From Cyanophora paradoxa CCMP329 (taxonomy: Eukaryota; Plantae; Glaucophyta), in contig QPMI01000420.1 in assembly GCA_004431415.1 (NCBI GenBank), forward strand, positions 248,001 through 312,000: a DNA stretch of 64,000 nt. The letters are read 5' to 3'. Every line of letters begins with the position of its first letter. Within the stretch, counting starts at the first letter, position 1. A model generated the notes under the pieces. The model saw only the letters and a program-made list of their open reading frames with translations, was not told the DNA's origin and ran no database searches. The position numbers and the translations under genes are program-made. Of the stretch, positions 34,573-49,200 are shown in pieces.

Positions 34573-36140
34573 GCGGGGTGCGCCGCGGCGGGGCGGGCGG
34601 GCAGGGCCGGCGCGGGGCGCGATCCGGCCTGCGCGCGGGCGTCAGCGCGGCTCGCGGCGGACGGGGGGCGGCGGGGGCGGCGCGGACCTGGCCTCAGCCC
34701 CGTCGGCGAGGCGGGGCGCGCCGCGGCGGGGCGGGGCGGCCAGGGGCCGGCGCGGGCGCGATCCGGCCTGCGCGCGGGCGTCAGCGCGGCTCGCGGCGGA
34801 CGGGGGGCGGCGGGGGCGGCGCGGACCTGGCCTCAGCCCCGTCGGCGAGGCGGGGCGCGCCGCGGCGGGGCGGGGCGGGCAGGGGCCGGCGCGGGGCGCG
34901 ATCCGGCCTGCGCGCGGGCGTCAGCGCGGCTCGCGGGGGCGGCGGGGCGGCGGGGGCGGCGCGGACCTGGCCTCAGCCCCGTCGGCGAGGCGGGCGCGCC
35001 GCGGCGGGGCGGGCGGCCAGGGGCCGGCGCGGGGCGTGATCCGGCCTGCGCGCGGGCGTCAGCGCGGCTCGCGGGGGACGGGGGGCGGCAGGGGCGGCGC
35101 GGACCTGGCCTCAGCCCCGTCGGCGAGGCGGGGCGCGCCGCGGCGGGGCGGGGCGGCCAGGGCCGGCGCGGGGCGCGATCCGGCCTGCGCGCGGGCGTCA
35201 GCGCGGCTCGCGGCGGACGGGGAGGCGGCGGGGGCGGCGCGGACCTGGCCTCAGCCCCGTCGGCGAGGCGGGGCGCGCCGCGGCGGGGCGGGGCGGGCAG
35301 GGGCCGGCGCGGGGCGCGATCCGGCCTGCGCGCGGGCGTCAGCGCGGCTCGCGGCGGGCGGGGGGCGGCGGGGCGGCGCGGACCTGGCCTCAGCCTCGTC
35401 GGCGAGGCGGGGCGCGCCGCGGCGGGGCGGGGCGGGCAGGGGCCGGCGCGGGGCGCGATCCGGCCTGCGCGCGGGCGTCAGCGCGGCTCGCGGCGGGCGG
35501 GGGGCGGCGGGGCGGCGCGGACCTGGCCTCAGCCCCGTCGGCGAGGCGGGGCGCGCCGCGGCGGGGCGGGCGGCCAGGGGCCGGCGCGGGGCGTGATCCG
35601 GCCTGCGCGCGGGCGTCAGCGCGGCTCGCGGGGGGCGGGGGGGCGGCAGGGGCGGCGCGGACCTGGCCTCAGCCCCGTCGGCGAGGCGGGGCGCGCCGCG
35701 GCGGGGCGGGGCGGGCAGGGGCCGGCGCGGGGCGCGATCCGGCCTGCGCGCGGGCGTCAGCGCGGCTCGCGGCGGACGGGGAGGCGGCGGGGGCGGCGCG
35801 GACCTGGCCTCAGCCTCGTCGGCGAGGCGGGGCGCGCCGCGGCGGGGCGGGGCGGGCAGGGGCCGGCGCGGGGCGCGATCCGGCCTGCGCGCGGGCGTCA
35901 GCGCGGCTCGCGGCGGGCGGGGGGCGGCGGGGCGGCGCGGACCTGGCCTCAGCCTCGTCGGCGAGGCGGGGCGCGCCGCGGCGGGGCGGGGCGGGCAGGG
36001 GCCGGCGCGGGGCGCGATCCGGCCTGCGCGCGGGCGTCAGCGCGGCTCGCGGCGGGCGGGGGGCGGCGGGGGCGGCGCGGACCTGGCCTCAGCCCCGTCG
36101 GCGAGGCTGGGCGCGCCGCGGCAGGGCGGGGCGGGCGGGG
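34573..36140. repeat. ~140-bp extremely GC-rich tandem repeat, 11 copies
   Basis: GATCCGGCCTGCGCGCGGGCGTCAGCGCGGCTCGCGG at ~34621, 34760, 34900, 35038, 35177, 35318, 35457, 35595, 35736, 35877, 36016. Confidence 0.95.
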
Positions 36141-37284
36141 CATGATGTGCCTAGATAGCGCGCTATACAGCTATAGATAGTCGGCCAGCTGTCGGCTATA
36201 TAGCTCCAGTGAGCAACGTTAACTACCGCAGTATCACGAGCGCGCGCGGCTAGGCTAGGACGAAAGCACTTCTCCGAAGCTTTTGCATGTCTTCTGACGG
36301 GCTAGCTCGCGCGGAGCGACACGTTGTAGGGCGATCGTACTCGCGCCACTGGTGCCGGTGCGCGAGGGCACAGACAACGTTGAAACTGCTTCCAGAACAT
36401 AGCTGTCGCTACGCCTCGCCTCCTACGCCTCCGCTTCTATGCGCGACGGCGCCTGCTATCTCGAGCTGATTTCGGCGGGGGATAGCTCATTTCGGCATTC
36501 GCCGAAATCGTACCCGAAATAATTCTCGCTGTGCCCCGGCCCGCCGCCGCCGAGCCTGCAGGCGCGGGCGGCCCGCCTTAGGCTCTCGAGCTCATTGGAA
36601 GGAATTCGAGCTCATTGGAAGGAATCCGAGCGCGCAGGCACGGGCCTCCGCGCGATGCGGAGGCCAGCATCGGAAGCGACGTCGACGGCGCGGCCGTTGC
36701 GCATGCCGCGGCCGCGGCCGTGGCCGTCGACGTCGACGTCGACGTCGGCGCGCGTGGAGCCGACGCAGCAGCAAGACGCGAGCAAAGCGAGAACAGCGCA
36801 GGAGATTGACAGCTAGTGAGAGCAGGCGTACCGTAGAATACGTACGTGGTGGCAGTTTAATTTGGCCGCCGCGCGCGCTGGGCGGCGCCGGCCGGATCAA
36901 ATGTTCGTCAGTCCGAGCGGCGAGCGCTCGCGCAGCTACCGGTAGCAGCTAAAAGCGCAGCTGGCAGTGGCAAAGAGCGCATGCGCATGCGCAGGTGGAG
37001 AAATCCGCGAAAGGGCCGGAACGAGGGTACAGGGTTAAATCCAGCCAGCCACCCGCAACGCGAAGAGGCCGGGCGCTCGGCGAGCAGCTCGGTGTCGTCG
37101 GAAAGATCACAGCTACTGATAGATCGACCTTGCGCAATTGCCGCATCTTATCCAGACCTCCGAGTTGGCTGAACAATGGGCCCTCAGCTCGCGGGAGGGG
37201 GCGGCGGAGTCAGCGAGCGCTGAATCGCCGCTGGCAATGTTTCCTGCAAGCGGGAGGGCATAGTCGCGCTCGGAGAAGGCGGCG

Positions 37285-40200
37285 ATGGGCGGCGCCCGAG
37301 CAGGACCGGTACCGCCCCGGCTGCAGCAGCGCCGCTGCAGAGCGGCCAGCGTTCAGCGCGCTAGTGTAGCGTGCAGAGGTGTACTATGTGCAGTCCAAAC
37401 GAGCGGGGCGCGGCTGGCGGCGCTCGTGGTCATCGTTCAATTGCAAGTGTTCACCGGCATCGAGCTGGCAGCCGGACAGGGAAGCGTGGATTTCAGCAGT
37501 CGGCAGTACACGCACCAGTACTGCCTGGGCACCCCGAATCAGGTGCGCGTCGGTCGCTGCACGGCGGCGTTCGGTGCTTTAATTTGATCGTCACGGAGGA
37601 TTGCCGCGCGAGCGCTCCTGAAGCTGCGCTCGAGCTCAAGGGCTCACACACGCTCTCCTCGCTGCGCAGTACATGAGCCAGAACCGCCATCTCGTCATCG
37701 ATACGCTGAGGCCGCTTCCGGTCTCCCAGGCGCCGGTCTTTCTAGAAGATAGCCCCCCGGACGTCGCCTACGGTCCGCTGCGGCTGCCCCGCCTCTCAGT
37801 CGCACGTCTTACGCGCCGCGCTCTGCTCTCTGCACAGGGCCGCACTGGAACGGCCCGTACACCTCCACGCCCAACGGGTGGACGCCTTTTGCACCTGGGC
37901 AGCCGTACTCGATCAACAGCCAACCCACATGCGCGTGGACCTTCGAGGCCCCCGCGGGAGTCACCACTGTGCGCTCTGCCCGGCCGCGCGACCCTCTCGC
38001 GCCCCTTACGAGCACCGGCCGCGGGCCGGGGTCGATCAGATCGTCGCCGGCGTGACGTACATCGATCTGGAGAGTCCGGGCGACTCTCTTGTCTTCGTGG
38101 ACATCACGGACAGCAATCCGACGGCGTGGCTCGCGGGGCCGAACCCGACCGACGTGAACCACCCGCCGGCGCTTCGGGTCGTCACGGGAAACGGGACGGT
38201 GCAGGCGATACAGATCAGCCGGCCCAGCAACTGGCCCCGCAGGCCGAAGCTCCTCGTGTACTGGATGATCGACTTTGACGTGCAGTTCGAAGGATGGGGA
38301 ATCTTCGTGCAAGCGGGTGCGGTGTCTCGATTTCTCTGTTCTAGATCTAGATCTGTAACCCTTGAGCTTCGCGCACGATTGACGTGTCGTACCCCTCCCC
38401 AGTCTCTTTCAACTGCAGACACAACATGACGACCAATCTGAACATGCCGAGTAACTACCTGCACGGTGCCGTACCCCCTCCACCTCCCCCCCTCCCTCAT
38501 TAAAATATTCCCCCGTCGCCCTTCCGCCCCCCCGTTCTCCCCTTCCGCCTCCCCCCTCCCCTCCCCGCCTTCCCCCCCCTGCCCTTACCCCCCGCCCCCC
38601 CCCCCCCCCCCGCGCCCTTCCCCTTTCCGCCCTTCCCCTCACCAGCCCCCCCCCCCCCCCCCCCCACCACCACTCTCCCCTCCTCTCCCTCCCCTTACCC
38701 ATCCCCCCGCGTTCCCCTCCCCCTGCCCTCCTGCCGCCCCCATTCCCTTCCCCTACTCCACCCTACCCCCCCCTCTCCAGTTTCCCCCACCCCTCCCCCC
38801 ACCCCCTCCATTGGCCACCCCAAGGCCACCCCATTCCACCCGTATAGCTGCTCCCTCCCCCTCCACCCCGCCGGCCCCCTCTCCTCATGATCATCGATAT
38901 CGCGTGTCCCGCTCACCGCCATGTCGTGATCATGATCAGGCGGGGCTGGCTACCCCGTCGTGACGGGGGGTGTCACGTGCCGTTGGGTCATCGACGTGAC
39001 GAGGACAGCCGGCGGGCCCCCCGACGGCATCGCTTTCCAGCTTCACAATGCCAGCCTGCAGCAGCAGGACAGCCTGACGGGTTCGAAATTTATCCTTCTC
39101 TCGCTGAAGGCTGTCCTCTCGCTTCGCAATTTGACTGATTCGAGTTCGCCCGCGCGCGATCCTTCAGTGTTCGACGGGGACAAGGAGTCGGCGCCGGTCC
39201 TCGCGCGCTTCTCGGGTACCGCCTCGAACGTGAACGTGACGACGTCGCGCACGCGGCTGCTCGTCGTGTACACGTCGACGCTCAACTCGACCATGCGCTT
39301 CAATGCTTCTTACGTCCGCTGTGAGCGACTCCCTGGCCGCCTGAACGGCTTTTCTGTTGGACTAGTACTGACCCGCCATCCAGTGACATGTCCCAGTTGC
39401 ATCAACGGCCAGTGCGTAAATGGGACGTGCGCCTGCAACGCGAACTTTACAGGCGCCCGCTGCAATGTCCCGACGCGTGCGTGCCCATCCCCGCCCCGAG
39501 TACCAGAATCCTGATCTAAACGCACGCGCGCCGCAGGTCTGGCGCCGCTTGTGGCTTCAAACTGGACTTGCGCTATAGACAACTACGGGACTAGGGACGG
39601 CTGCGACTGCGGCTGCGGCCTGCACGACCCGGATTGCGAGACGCCGGAGCCCCCCCAAGGCTGGTGTGCTGGAGGTCTTAACTCGTACCACGACGGTCCG
39701 AAGCCATTTCCCTTGCCCTCTTTCGAATGCGATCTAGATTAAGATCTCCTGAGCATATGCATGTGAGCGCCTCGAATTAATTATAACAGGGACGTGCGCC
39801 TACTGCCCACTGGCGCGCCCGACGTGGCCCGTCAACGGCGGCGGGGGAATCCCGTCGAGCTCGCCGACCGCGAACAACGTGGTCAGGCCTTTTTCGGCTT
39901 GTATGGGCGCTCCGTCTTAAATCCGCCTGACCTCTGGCGCAGCTGTATGTAAGCCCGCGCGGCACCGACGTGATCTGGTGCACGCAGTACCCCTGCGATA
40001 ACGGGTACTCGTGGAACAACCCCTTCCGAACGATCGCGGTCCGTGCCGGATTTCAAGATTTCAGCCTCTGCACGAGCCCTGCGGTGACGGCCGATCCCCG
40101 TCGAGCAGAAGGCTCTCTCGGCGGTGCAGACCTACTTGGCTGGGCAGGTAGTTTCTTTCCTAAACCTTCGGATGAATGAATAAGCATACGTACTAAATTC

Positions 40201-43200
40201 TGCCCTCGCCACGTTCTTTCTTTAGGGCTTCCCCGTCAACCGCTTCCGCATCGTCGTGCTCCCCGGGCGGTACACCGGCATCAGCAACCGGCGGCTCTCC
40301 TACCAGGCGAGATTCGTTGTAGCCTTCAAGATTGCTGCTCGGTGCATCTTATAATTATGATTACGCCCGGCCCGGGCTTGCGCTCGCAGGACAACAGCAT
40401 CGCCTACCTCCACCTGACGCTGATGGGCCTGTCGGGGCCCCTGTACACCATCCTCGACGCTGAGCGCCAGGTACGGCTATAGCTAGCTGCAGCCGACGTC
40501 GACGTCGGCGGCCGGGGCCTGGACAGAAGTTGAGCTCGCGCGACCCTTTGGCAGGGATGGCACCTGTACATGTCGACGCGGCTGCTGGGGACGAGCCACA
40601 TCACGGGGCTCGCCTTCGCGAACGCGCGGTACCTGACGCGCTCCCCGCGCACGATCAGCAACCAGGGCGCCTCCAGCTCGCCCGCCGGGTGCGCTTTGCT
40701 TTATTTCGAATTCACGGATGCGGATGCGTCTGGATTGTCCGCCACGCGATCGCGAGGCTCACGCGCTTGTTCTGTGTGTGCAGGGGCGCGATCCAGTGTG
40801 GTAATTGATTAGACCCACTTTCCCTTTTCAGATTCCTCCCATCAATGAAACGCTCCGACTTCGCAGGCGAGTGGCTGCTCAGCCCCAACCAGGACTTCGC
40901 CGGCTGCAACAACGTCGCGATCACGAACTGCCACTTCAGAAACAACGAGGCGAGCCACGCTTCTGTGTCTGGCTCATCGTGTATTTAATTTCCGCCTGGA
41001 TGACGTGTCGATTCTCAGGTGATCTGGAACGACGCCGCCACGGTCGGCTCTGGAACCGCCCTGTTCGGTCCGCTCGCAGCTTCCTGTCCTCTCTGGCGCT
41101 TAATTCAAATTCTGCTGTGCCCAGACATCGCATCGCTCGGGGGCGGCGATATCAACGCGGCTCTCGGCGGCGGGGCTGTCAACTTCGCTCTTGGGAAGTG
41201 CGTGCGGGCCGCATGATTGTAAATTACAGCCGCAGTCCTCTCTGAACCCTTTCGCAGGAACGTCACAATAAGCGACTCGCTGTTTATCAACAATAAGGGT
41301 GCGCTGATTTTCAACGTTATTTTTCAGAGCGTGTGCGCAACCGGCAGCTCCTTACGCGCATATCGAATATATCGTATTTCGCAGCGTCCCTCACGATCAG
41401 CGGATCGACGGACGCTGTGGGCGCCGCGAGCAACTCGACGGCCCGCAAGATCCACGGCGGCGCGGTCGCGCTGTACGACATCACCGACAGCATCGCAATC
41501 CTGCGCTCGAACTTCACGTCTTCCCGATCGGGTGCGCTGCTTTAAATTTGGATCCGAGTATACGTAACTAGAATGTCTGCATCGCCGGTTGATTTACTTT
41601 TGCATAGGTGCGTACGGGGGCGCTGTCTACGCCGTTCTTGCTCGGTCGCCGGGTCTGGCGACGACGGTGCGGGTCGAGGACTGCGCGTTCGACTCCAACA
41701 GCGCGCTCTCCGCCGGCGCGGGTCTCATGGTCCAGGGGGCCGGCACTGTCATCGGTGCGCATGCGAGTCGTGGCTTTGAACGCATGTGATGTATCCCGCG
41801 GCATGGGCAGTGAGGCGGACGTCGCTTCTCAACAACATCGCCCAATCTGCGAGCTACGCCGACTCCATTTCCGGCGGCGTTGGGCTCTGGGTCGGCGCGG
41901 GCCTCTCCGGCTTCGAGGGCGGTAGCGCTGGCAATAGGGGCAGTGTTACGTGAGCGCTTCTATCTTCTCTGATTTTCCTCTGCTTTTCCTCGGGCTGCTT
42001 TACAGCGGCTGATGCGTCGTCTGCAGCATCAGCGACAGCCTATTCTTCAACAACACGCACCTGCCGCTCGCTTCGCAGGTCGACGGCGGCGGCGGGGGCC
42101 TTCTCTCCACCGGCATGGACCGCGTCACTCTGTGAGACCGCTCGTGCAATCCTCTCGAGGCTCTCTTCGTCTTTCTGACCCGATTCGTTTCAGGCGGAAT
42201 GTTTCGTTCGTTCAGAACACGGTGGCCTCCGGAAGAGGCGGGGGCGCTCTAGTGATCAACGCTTCCCGCCTCTTGTGCGAATTATATATTTTCCCGCCCT
42301 AAAATTTCATCGTCGTCTTTCTATATATGCTGCTTGTGTGATGACCGCTTCCTGCTGCAGGATCGAGGCTTCGTCGTTCGCGAGCAACGCAGAGAGCGGA
42401 GGAACCGGAACCGACGGCGGCGGCGGCCTCGCGGCGCTCTCCGTGCTTCAGATGGCTCTCCAGAACATCTCGTTCACCGGCAACTCGGCGGACACCGGCG
42501 GCGCCGTCTGGGTGGGCTCCCGCTCGCCCCCGACGGAACGGTCCCACTCGGCGAACGTGTCCGGATGCGTATTCTCGGAGAACGAGTCGCGCACGGGCAT
42601 GGGAGGCGCGCTCTACGTCGCCGCCACCTCGCGCCCCGCCTACGTCGCCGTCGAGGACTCCATCTTCGAGTCCAACAGGGCCGTCACGAACGGGGGCGGC
42701 GTCACCATCCGCGGCCCCGCCACGTACGCGCAGCGCCTGAACTCCAGCTCGGCGTCGTTCGTTCGGACGCGCGTGGCTCGCAACGCCGCGGCGGGTGCGT
42801 CTAGATCTCTTTCGCTTCCTGGCTCGCTTTCGTGTGCATGAATTTGTCGTATGCAGCTAATGGGGGCGGCTTCTACATCGAGGGGCTTCTCTCGTTCTCG
42901 CTTTCAGACGGGAGCGTCATCTCGGAAAACCGCGCCAACACAGGCGCCGGGCTCGGTGCGCATGCGTCGCGGGCCGGGCGGCCTGCAGCTGGGTGGTCCA
43001 CTGACATGAAACCATGCGCAGCTTTCGTTACCAGCGCCGCATGCAGGGATCCGTCGGCTGAAGGCTGCCCGAGGCTGCGCGCCCGGCTCGACGGCGTCAA
43101 CATTTCCTCAAATAGAGCAGCTGATGGCGGCGGCATGTCTCTGGACGGATCGTGCGCCGTCGAGCTGATCGCCGTGCTTTCCGATGCAGAGCCTCCGCTG

Positions 43201-46200
43201 ATTATGCGCATGCGCAGGGGCCTGTCTCTCACGGCTGCGCGAAGCGCCCTCTTCGACAACGAAGCCAGACAACTCGGCGGGGGCCTGTACGCGGTCGACG
43301 TTGGCGCCTTGGCTCTCTCCTCCGTCTCCTTCGCTTCGAACGCCGCCTCGAACGGCGGAGGAGCTTTCATCACTTCGGATTGGCCTGTTTCTGTGCGTCT
43401 ATATTTTCCGCAACACGGTACGCGCGCGCGCCTGAGCTCATGCATTATAAACCGCAGTTCAAAATGCCCGGCGTGTCGTTCATCGGGAACTACGCCGAAG
43501 AGAATGGGGGCGGGCTTTTCATTTCCGGCGAGACCAGCGTGGAGCTGACCGGCGGGCAGCTCACCCAGAACACGGCGACCGCAAACGGGGTACGGAATCC
43601 TCTCGCCATCCGTCTACCATGGCCAGTGGGCCCTCCGGATCCTAAGCGAGAGTCTCGCAGGGGTTGGCTTACATCAAGAAGTCTAGCTGCCTTGCGCTTC
43701 TCAACCTGACCGTCACTTCCAATGCCGCCGACAACGGGGTACGATTTCCTCGAGGAAACTTTAATTTCTATTAAGCGCCGCGCGCCATCGAAATTGATCA
43801 CAACCATCCGCGCAGGGCACTTTCTTCCTCGACCAGCGCGCCTCCGTTCTGGCCGAGAACTGCAGCTTCGCGGACTCGCACGCCGCGTCGCTGGTCCGCG
43901 TCAATATATTAATCTTGCGTTCAGAAACTTTGCGCCGCAAGGGTTTCACGATTTGTACATGTTTCGCAGGGGGGCGTAGTATACGCCCAGCAGAGCTCCA
44001 GGGTCACCTTCCGGCGCGTCCGCGGCTCCGGCAACGACGCCGCGCAGGGCGGCGGGATCTACGCCAACCTCGGGCGGAGCGGCCTGCTGGAGCTGGAGGG
44101 CACGTCGTGGGACGGCAACGAGGCCGTAGGCGACGCCGGCGTCCTTTACCTGACGGGGACGGGCGGCCTCCAGGCGAGGGACTTCGTCGCCTCGGGCAAC
44201 CGAGCCGCCAGCGGCGCCGTCGGCATTGTCTCCGCTGAGGCGGACGCCTCTTTCTCCGGCTGCAGCGTCTTCGGCAACGTGGCCACGCAGTCGGACGGCG
44301 GTGCCTTCGTCGTCGAGCACCTCGCGTCGCTCTCGCTCTCCAACTGCAACCTCACCGGCAACGCGGCCCAGCTGAACGCCGGGGCGGTCCTCGCCACGGG
44401 CACGCAGCCGTCGCTCTCGCTCGTGAACGTGCAGGCGACGGGCAACACGGCGGGGCGGGGAGGAGGCGCACTCTCCATCACCGGCCTGTGCGCCGCGGCC
44501 ATAGTGGCAACCAACCTCTCGTCCAACACGGCGGGAATGTACGGCGGCTCGGTTTTCGTCTCCGGCGCCGCGGTCGCGTTCGTGGCCGTCCCGATGGACG
44601 ACAACGTCGCCACGTCCGGGTCGGGGGGCGCCGTGTTCGCCGAGCAGGCCACCACGAGCTTCACCGACGTCTCCCTAAAGGGCAACCGTGCCGGCGGCTC
44701 CGGCGGGTGCTCCAAGCCCTCTTTTATCCATTCATTTGCATCTCTTTTTCTCAAACATTCGTGATATCGCAGCGCGATTTACCTTGACGGCGGATCAGCG
44801 AATCTGACCGGCTCCTCCGTCGTGTTCAACCATGCCCTCTCGTTGGGCGGCGCCGTGCACCTGGACAACGCGGCCGTCCTCAGCGTGGCGCGCTCCGCGG
44901 TGTCGCAGAACGTGGCGTCCCAGGACGGCGGCGCCATCTCCGCCAACGCGCAGTCCAGGGTTCGCAAACTAATGCGTATACAGCTGATGACGCGAGAGAA
45001 ATTGGTATATTCTCGACTGACATGCAAATGCTCGCAGGTCGTCATCGAGCACTCGGATCTGACCAGGAACGAGGCTAAGCGTAACGGCGGCGCCGTCCTG
45101 GCGACCACGACGACGCTGACGGTGGTCGGGAGCGACCTCTCGGGCTCCAAGGCGGCCCGCGACGGCGGCTGCGTCGCGGCGCTCGGGTCGGACGTGACGG
45201 TCGCCTCGTCCAACCTCTCTGCGTGCGCGGCCATCAGCGGCGCGGGCGGCGCGATCCACGTGGAGGTTGGCTCCACTTTTCTCTCGCTTCGAATTCGTTG
45301 AAATACTGGTTTTCCGTTGATGCTGAGTGGCGAGCAGACGACGTCGCTGCGGGCGGAGGACGTGGACATGGCGCTCGGGTTCGCGGGCACGAACGGCGGC
45401 GGCGTCTCGGCCTACATGGCGGACGTCCGCATCCGCAACGCGACGCTCCGCGACTCCCGCTCCGGCCTCTCGGGCGGCGCCGTCTACTCCCGCATGACCG
45501 CCCTGGATGTCGAGGGATCGTCGCTGGACGGGTCCCGCGCCGGCGCAGACGGAGGTGCGCTCTCTTAAACAAATCTACAGGAAAGCGAATTAAAACTGTA
45601 ATTCAGGATGTGTTTACGTGGATGACGGAGGCGTGCGCCTCGCGGCCGCGACGCTCGCGCGCTGCTCCGCTGGAGGCCGCGGCGGAGCCCTCTTCGCCTC
45701 GCGGGCGGCGGTCAGGCTCGAGGCCTGCTCGGCTTCCGGCGCCAGCGCCGGCGCCGACGGCGGTGCCGTCGCGTCCATCGGCGCTCCTCTGACGGTTTCC
45801 GAGTGCGCTTTGAACTCTTCATTTTCTCCTTCAGCTTTCTGGTGATCGATATCGCGACCTGATTCGCCTTCGCAGCACTGTTTTCGCGGGCTCGAAGTCG
45901 GAGCGCGGGAGCGGCGGGGCGATCTGGAGCGACGGCGGGCAGGTCTCGATCGTGAGGTCGGACCTGTCGCAGAGCTCCGCGGGCGGCGGGCACGGCGGCG
46001 CGCTGTACGTCGCTTCGGGCGCGGCCGCTCTGGCGGCGTGCGACCTCTCGCGCTCGCGGGCGGCGGGCAAGGGCGGCGCGGCGTACTTCAAGAACGGGAC
46101 GGCGGCGCTGGAGGACGTGTCGGTGGCCGGGAGCGCGGCGGGCGAGTCGGGCGGCGGCGTGGAGGTCGAGGGCGTCGACGCCGGCGCGCCCTGCGCCCTC

Positions 46201-49200
46201 AGCCTCGCGCGGGTCGACGCGACCGACTGCGCGGCCCGTGGCGGGCCCGGCGGCGCCGTCCACGCTTCCCGCTGCAACCTCACGGCCGTCGACTCGGACA
46301 TGCGGCGCTCCCAGGCGGGCGGCCCCGCCGGCTCCGGCGGCGGCGTCCGCACCTTCTCGTCGCTTCGGGTGGAGCTCCGGCGCTGCGACCTCTCCGACAC
46401 GCAGGCCGAGCGCAACGGCGGCGCCGCGGCGCTGGAGGCGTCGTCTTTCGTGGTGGAGGACTGCGCGATGGACCGCGCGTCGAGCGCCCGCGGCTCGGGC
46501 GGCGCGCTGTTCGTCGACGTCGGAGAGGGCCGCGTGGAGCGCGTTTCCATGCGGGACGCCCGCGCGGGGGAGGGCCAGGGCGGCGGCGCGGCCCACTTCC
46601 GCGCCGCCTCCGTCGCGGTGGTCGGCTCGCCGATGACGGGCGCCAGCGCCGCCGCGGGATCCGGCGGGGCTGTCCTCGTGGAGGGCTGCGTGGCCAACTT
46701 CACGGCGGTTGACATGCGCGGCTCGCGGGCCCTGGGCCGGCCCGGCGCCGGCGGCGCCCTCAAAGCCATCAGCGCAGAGGTCACTCTTCAGGCCTGCAAC
46801 CTCTCCGACTCGCAGAGCCGCGGCGCGGGCGGCGCCGTCTCTGCGGACGCCTCTACCCTGACCGTTCTCGAGTGCGCTCCGCTCCGGATCCGTGGCCGCG
46901 TCGTCAGATCGAGCCCAGCCGAATGGCCGTCGCTGACCCGACGCGCCTCGCAGCTCGGCGCTGGACCGCGGCGTGAGCGCGGAGGACGGGGGCGGCTGCG
47001 CGCACGTCTCTGGCGGCTCGGGCCTCTTCTCGAACTGCTCCCTGGAGGACTGCCGCGCCCCCATCTCGTACGGGGGCGCCGTCTCGCTGCAGAACTCCCG
47101 CGGCCCGGTCGTCTTCCAGAACTGCTCGCTCCTCCGCGGGCGCTCGGGGCACGTCGGCGGGGCCGTCTACAGCGAGTCGTCGTCCCTCACGCTGCTCCGC
47201 TCGCCCGTCTCGCGCTCGTCGGCGTTCGCGGCCGGCGGCTGCGTGTACGCGTCGCAGTCGCAGCTGACGGTGGAGAACGCCGCGGCCGACGAGTGCACGG
47301 CGGCCAGCGGGGGCGGCTTCTTCCTCGACGGCGGTTCCGCCTCTCTGCTGTGCGTAAGTCTTACGAAGGACACGGCCACTGCGGGGGACGGCGGTGCGTG
47401 CTTTCCCAAAAAAGAAACGCGTGAATTAATTCTGGATCGCGATCGCGATCGTCGCCAACCCTCCTCAGGTGCGATCTACGCCACTTCGGCGTCCCTGCAT
47501 CTGGAGGCCTGCACGATCGAAATGTGCACTGCCGAGGGCAGCGGCGGCGATCTCTTCGTGCGCCATGCGCCCGCGTAGCCGCTCGCTCTCACTTCGAGCT
47601 CGCCTCACGCGGCCGCAGCTGACTGACACGGAGATCCGCGTTCTCAACTCCACCGTGCTGAACAATACGGCCAAGGTCGACGGCGGCGGGTGCGTCCGGC
47701 CGCGCTCGATCATTGCTGCGACCAGCGCGGCTGATCGCGATCTTCGACGTCGACGCCGTCGGCTCATTCGCTGCGCGCACGCACGCGCAGGCTCCGGGCC
47801 TCGGGCTTCTCGACGGCGCAGGGGGCGTGCCTCCTCCGCGCCGTGTCGGGGGCCGCCGCGCCGGCCACGCAGCACACGTCCCCGATGCGCATGAGCCTGC
47901 GCTCGCTCCTCCAGGAGCCCGCGCCCCCGAGCCCGGCCGCGTCGTCGTCCATGCCGACTTTCACCCGTCTCGTGCGGGTCGAGAACTCGGCCCTGCGCGG
48001 AAACGCGGCGGGCGGGGACGGCGGCTCGCTGTTCGTATCGGGGCCGATCTCCGCGGAGCTCGTCGGCGTGACGATCGCGTCGTCCTTCGCCTCCGGCCGC
48101 GGCGGCGGTGCGAGGATCTCTGGAATCCATGCGCACATTTTGAGCTTGCTTGCAATTGCCTGCAGGCATCTACGTCACGGCCGACTCCTTCTCGATGCTG
48201 GGGTCGACGATGACTGCGAACCGAGCGAGCGTCGGCGGCGCTGGATACGTGCGTAGATGTGCAATTATCTCTCCGATCCTCACGTGCACACAAACCAATT
48301 GCAATTATATATCTCACGCGTGCGGGTCTGTTCCAGATGGACTTGTCGAAGCCGACGGGCGAGCCGATGGACTGCTCGGCCGTCTCGCTCAACGGCACCG
48401 CCGTCCGCGGCAACGAGGCCGCCAAGGTGAGCTTGACAGGGCGTCTTTTGGAGGATGCGTTCATAAAGGCGGGCGCAGGGGGCGGCGTTCGTGGTGAAGG
48501 ACGCCGACCCGACGCGCTGCGCCGCCTTCGCCGACCCGCGCGCCTTCGACGGCAACGGCAACGGCAACCGCTCCATCGTCGCCGGTGCTGAAATGTTTGA
48601 AATGTTTGGTCGATCCCGAACTTTTGGTCGATCCCGAACTTCGAAGGCCCCGGGGCGATCGCGGTGCGGCTGCTGACGAACGAGACCAACCGCGCCTCGG
48701 GGGAGCTCCTCTCCTTCCACGTCGTCCTCACCGACAGCTTCGGCGCCAAGGCCCGCCCCGCCCCGCCCCGCCCCGCCCCGCCCCGCCCCGCCCCGCCCCG
48801 CCCCGCCTTGCCCGCTCGGCCACGCTTAAGCAAAGCTTTCTCGGCGAATCTATCTTTTCTGCCCCGTTCGAGACTTAGAAAGCCCCGTATTGTTATTTAT
48901 TGTCACTATCTCGTCGACTCGAGATTTAGAAAGCCCCGTATTGTTATTTATCGTCATTTATTAAAGCCCCTCGTCGAATTCATCTCGTCGACTCGCCAGG
49001 TGGTCGACTCGCCGACGGCCGTCTCGCTCGCGGCGGCGGACCCGGACGCCGTGTCGCTTCGGGGCGCGCTCTCCGCGACGACCCTTGACGGGGAGGCCAC
49101 CATCACCGCCCAGGTCACACCGCCCTTTCACTTTCGTTCAAATCAAAGAGCGACGCCGAGGCCGGATATATAATATCGATCGATTCAAACAACGCACAGT

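Noticed and set aside
34276-36180. 634-aa ORF (and the 300-380 aa ORFs at 30997-32230)
   Set aside because: They are translations of stop-poor GC-rich tandem arrays, open in several frames on both strands, with only A/R/G/P content.
38466-38963. Proline-rich extensin-like exon
   Set aside because: It is bounded by a donor and acceptor, CUB-like coding resumes after it, and the irregular C-runs look intronic or low-quality.
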